Shown in pieces: positions 60,329-64,000 of a stretch of 64,000 nt of DNA. The position numbers and the translations under genes were made by a program. Each line of letters opens with the position of its first letter. Position 1 is the first letter of the stretch. Below the pieces are notes generated by a model. It saw nothing but the letters and a program-made list of their open reading frames with translations. It searched no databases and was not told the DNA's origin. Origin of the DNA: Macrostomum lignano (taxonomy: Eukaryota); contig NIVC01001783.1 of NCBI GenBank assembly GCA_002269645.1, positions 124,001 through 188,000 of the forward strand, given 5' to 3'.

Positions 60329-63300
60329 TCAGCCTTTCAGAACGGCCAAGTACGCCTCGTGCACTCCGGGATAGATTTCAACGTGCCTGGATTTCAAGCT
60401 CAAAGTGTAGGCATTAGTCTGCGGCACGATTTTCAGTTCGGCCAACACTAAAATGCCGTTAGTGAGCTTCACGCACTGGTACAGCATGTCAGTTGATTCA
60501 ACGCTACGCTTAGCAATGGTGAACACGTTAAATGAGCGAAGCATAGTGCTGGCCGTGTCCGCATCGTGAGCATAGGAGCCCAGGTTAAACTGGGTCTCAT
60601 TCTCTGGCGGGATGTCTTTCCAGGTGGACAAAAACACGCGCTTGTCCATGTCGCCCTCCTCAGTGAACAGGGCGTACATTGGGATTAGACAGGCAAAGTA
60701 GAATATGTCAATGTTGTTCTTCACCGCCACCTGCGCATGGGACAGGGAAGCGAAGGGATTAGTGAGGATTTTTAAGTGAGATTATCAGCACAATAACACA
60801 ATGTGCAGCGTCTAAATGTGAATCGATCAGGATGGCGCTAAATCGATTAGGATGGTGCCAAATCTATCAGAATTACACTGAATCAATTAAGATGGCGCCA
60901 AATCGATCAGAATTACACTGAATCAATTAAGATGGCGCCAAATCGATCAGAATTACACTGAATCAATTAAGATGGCGCCAAATCGATCAGAATTACACTG
61001 AATCAATTAAGATGGCGCCAAATCGATCAGAATTACACTGAATCAATTAAGATGGCGCCAAATCGATCAGAATTACACTGAATCAATTAAGATGGCGCCA
61101 AATCGATCAGAATTACACTGAATCAATTAAGATGGCGCCAAATCGATCAGAATTACACTGAATCAATTAAGATGGCGCCAAATCGATCAGAATTACACTG
61201 AATCAATTAAGATGGCGCCAAATCGATCAGGATGGCGCCAAATCGATCAGGATGGCGCCAAATCGATCAGAATTACACTGAATCAATTAAGATGGCGCCA
61301 AATCGATCAGGATGGCGCCAAATCGATCAGAATTACACTGAATCAATTAAGATGGCGCCAAATCGATCAGAATTACACTGAATCAATTAAGATGGCGCCA
61401 AATCGATCAGAATTACACTGAATCAATTAAGATGGCGCCAAATCGATCAGAATTACACTGAATCAATTAAGATGGCGCCAAATCGATCAGAATTACACTG
61501 AATCAATTAAGATGGCGCCAAATCGATCAGGATGGCGCCAAATCGATCAGGATGGCGCCAAATCGATCAGAATTACACTGAATCAATTAAGATGGCGCCA
61601 AATCGATCAGGATGGCGCCAAATCGATCAGAATTACACTGAATCAATTAAGATGGCGCCAAATCGATCAGAATTACACTGAATCAATTAAGATGGCGCCA
61701 AATCGATCAGAATTACACTGAATCAATCCAGGATGGCGCCAGATCAATCGAGATTGCAAACAATTCAAGCAAGACAATGGACAAAGAACTAAAAATATGG
61801 CGCCAAATATGTACCGAAATGCAGCTAGTGACATGGACAGCTCACCTGCAGAGTCAGCAACGGATCCATCTTCTGCACTGGGCCCTTAGTATTCAACGGA
61901 AGCAGCGTGGTGACGCTTTGTTGCGGAGCCAGCGGATTCATAGCCAACGGTTGCGCTGGGGCCAGGCCGAAGCTGTTCTTATTGAACTGCACGGCGAATC
62001 CGTTTAACTGTTGCATAGCGTTATTTCGCAGCCGCAGCTCCATGCTCAGCTGCGGTCCGCGGCGCAGGAATCGGCCTTCAATTTGCAGGCCCTTGCCTTT
62101 CTGGGCCGGCAGCCACGTCTCCATTGGCGGATCGAAGCCGCCGCCTCCGCCCAGGCCGCCGCCGACGCCGCCGCCTAAACCGCCGAAAATGTCGGCTAAC
62201 GAGTCGGCGCCGCTGCCGCCAGCGGCTGCTGAAGCTCCCGATGGTGGTACAGGCGAGGTGGCCGAGGGAGCCGGACCGCCGAGCTGCAATAATTGAGCGC
62301 GACATAAAGTAACAAAGTATATAACCGTAGATAAAAGTACATAGTGCAACACACGCTACAAAAGGTAGAATACACATGGAACGAAAAGTACACATGTACC
62401 AAACAAAAGTACAAATGTACTAAACAAAAGTACAAAATGAATATGTTCTAAACAAAAGTACAAATGTACTAAACAAAAGTACACAATGAATATGTTCTAA
62501 ACAAAAGTACAAATGTACTAAACAAAAGTACAAATGTACTAAACAAAAGTAAACATGTACTAAACACAGGTGCATTTGTACTTAACAAAAGTACACTGTC
62601 CACATGTACTAAACAAAAGTACACATGTTCTAAACAATTAAGGACATGAGCTATTCAAAAGTATATAAGTTTAACAGAGCTTCTTGTATAAATTTATCGC
62701 ACAAAAATATTTTATAAGCTCAAATTTACGCTCGTATGAGCGTCTTTTTAACTTAAAACTATACTAGTAGTAGTATACGTACAGATTGATAAGAAATTAC
62801 ATTAACTGTATGGGACATTAAGCAGGCAGGAGGTGCACAGAAGGTCAAACAGACCCAGCCACTCTCCCGCCTCCATCTGATCCCAACTATCAAATTATCA
62901 ATAGCAATTTAGTCCCGCTAGCGAAGCTCGTCACCAACATTTTGCTTGAGAGCGTCGACAAAGACAAGCGCTCATTGCGGGACAAAGACTGTAAAAACTT
63001 AGTTTCTAATAATATAATTGACAAATCCAAGTGTGAATTTGTCGCAAAAAAACACAGGTGATTAATCTGGTTCACCAGCATAACCGCGGCATTTGCAACA
63101 CAGCTAGCTCACCCAGCCAGCCAGTGGCGGCATTAAAATAGGACGGCTTTTCTTATGGGGAGATTCTCGGTGAGATCATAGAGAGATTCGCAGTGACATC
63201 ATAGAAAGATATTCAGTGTGATGATATGAAGATTCTCGGCGAGAGTATATGGTGATTCCCAGTGAGATTATGGGAGATTCTTAGCGAGATTACATGGATA

Positions 63301-64000
63301 TTCTTAGAGATTCTCAGTGAGATTATAGAGATTCTCAGTAAGATTAAATGAATATTCTAAGCGAGGTTATTGGGAGATTCTCAGTGAGATTATAGGGAGA
63401 TTCTTAGCGAGATTATATAAGAGATTCTCAGTGAGATTGTATAGGAGATTCTCAGTGAGATTATAAAGAGATTTTAAGTGAGATTTAGAGATATTTTTAG
63501 GGATATTAAATAGGGAGACATTCAGCGAGATCATAGCGAGATTCTCAATGAGATTATAGAGAGATTCTCCTTGAAACTATATTGGGATTCTTAGGGCGAG
63601 ATTCTATTGAATATTCTCAGTTTCTCAGGGAGATGCTATACTGCTAGGACTGTTCTCACTAAGATACAGGTAGATACTCAGTCGGACGCAATCGCCGCTG
63701 ACTCACCAGCGAGTCCAGTCCCTCGCCAAGCAGATCCACGGGCTGCTGATTCGTAGAGGCAGAGGCGGCAGCCATGGCGGCGGCGGCGGTGGCCCCGCCA
63801 GACATGTCAATATCCAGCAGGTCCCCAATCAGCGACTCCTGCGTCGGTATGACACTGACGGCGGGCCGTCCGGGAGCTCCGGTGCCGGCGCCAAAGTCGC
63901 CACCACCAGCAGCAGCGGCAGCGGCTCCGCCAGCTTCAGCGGCCAGCCGGGACGGCAAGCCTTTGGTCGCCTTGGCAACCTGGCCGCCGCCGCGACCGTC
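60329..64000 (-). CDS. AP1B1/AP2B1: AP-1/AP-2 adaptor complex beta subunit (beta-adaptin): hinge and appendage; 5' part outside window
   Basis: Exons >=64000-63707, 62283-61846 and 60730-60329(stop), all phase 0. Motifs: clathrin box LIGDLLDID, WLPAQKGKGLQI, QFNKNSFGL, LQ|VAVKNNIDIFYF, FLSTWKDIP, NVFTIAKR. Confidence 0.95.
60825..61750. repeat. 40-bp minisatellite (GATGGCGCCAAATCGATCAGAATTACACTGAATCAATTAA)n with 20-bp sub-units
   Basis: About 20 units. A 300-bp block is duplicated (61212-61511 vs 61512 onward). Fills intron 60731-61845. Confidence 0.96.
62380..62640. repeat. ~21-bp repeat (AACAAAAGTACAAATGTACTA)n, intronic
   Basis: About 11 variable copies near acceptor 62284. Confidence 0.85.
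63150..63630. repeat. Degenerate ~22-bp repeat (GAGATTCTCAGTGAGATTATA)n, intronic
   Basis: Recurrent GAGATTCT motifs resembling the degenerate array at 34730-35150. Confidence 0.7.

Overview
Eukaryotic, intron-rich animal DNA: GC-rich exons with poly-Ala/Gly/Gln tracts and introns packed with 12-68 bp minisatellites. The style suggests a free-living flatworm such as Macrostomum, but that is inference only. Spliced gene models read by hand with GT-AG and phase checks: (1) 3' end of a fibulin/hemicentin-like cbEGF gene (+, 173-4391); (2) an uncharacterised 3-exon gene (+, 5682-9962) converging on (3) an uncharacterised gene (-, 10300-15188); (4) a tandem-C2 synaptotagmin-like gene (+, 17718-28733) with a 24-nt microexon and two Ty3/Gypsy insertions in its introns; (5) a complete 8-exon SLC44/CTL choline transporter-like gene (-, 34198-43237, 789 aa); (6) the 3' part of the AP-1/AP-2 beta-adaptin gene (-, 60329 to beyond 64000). 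Mobile DNA comprises two full-length Ty3/Gypsy elements (23125-27751 minus; 43929-48321 plus) sharing a 12-nt PBS, a 5'-truncated Gypsy, a solo LTR, an old LTR relic with a tRNA-Leu-type PBS, and two tRNA-derived SINE families, one CORE-like. About 30 tandem-repeat arrays occupy a large part of the window. No CRISPR array, rRNA or intact tRNA gene was found. The main unexplained patterns are intron-private minisatellites hugging splice sites and stop codons, a CpG-decay signature in one Gypsy, and a 68-bp repeat whose copy number sets the reading frame.
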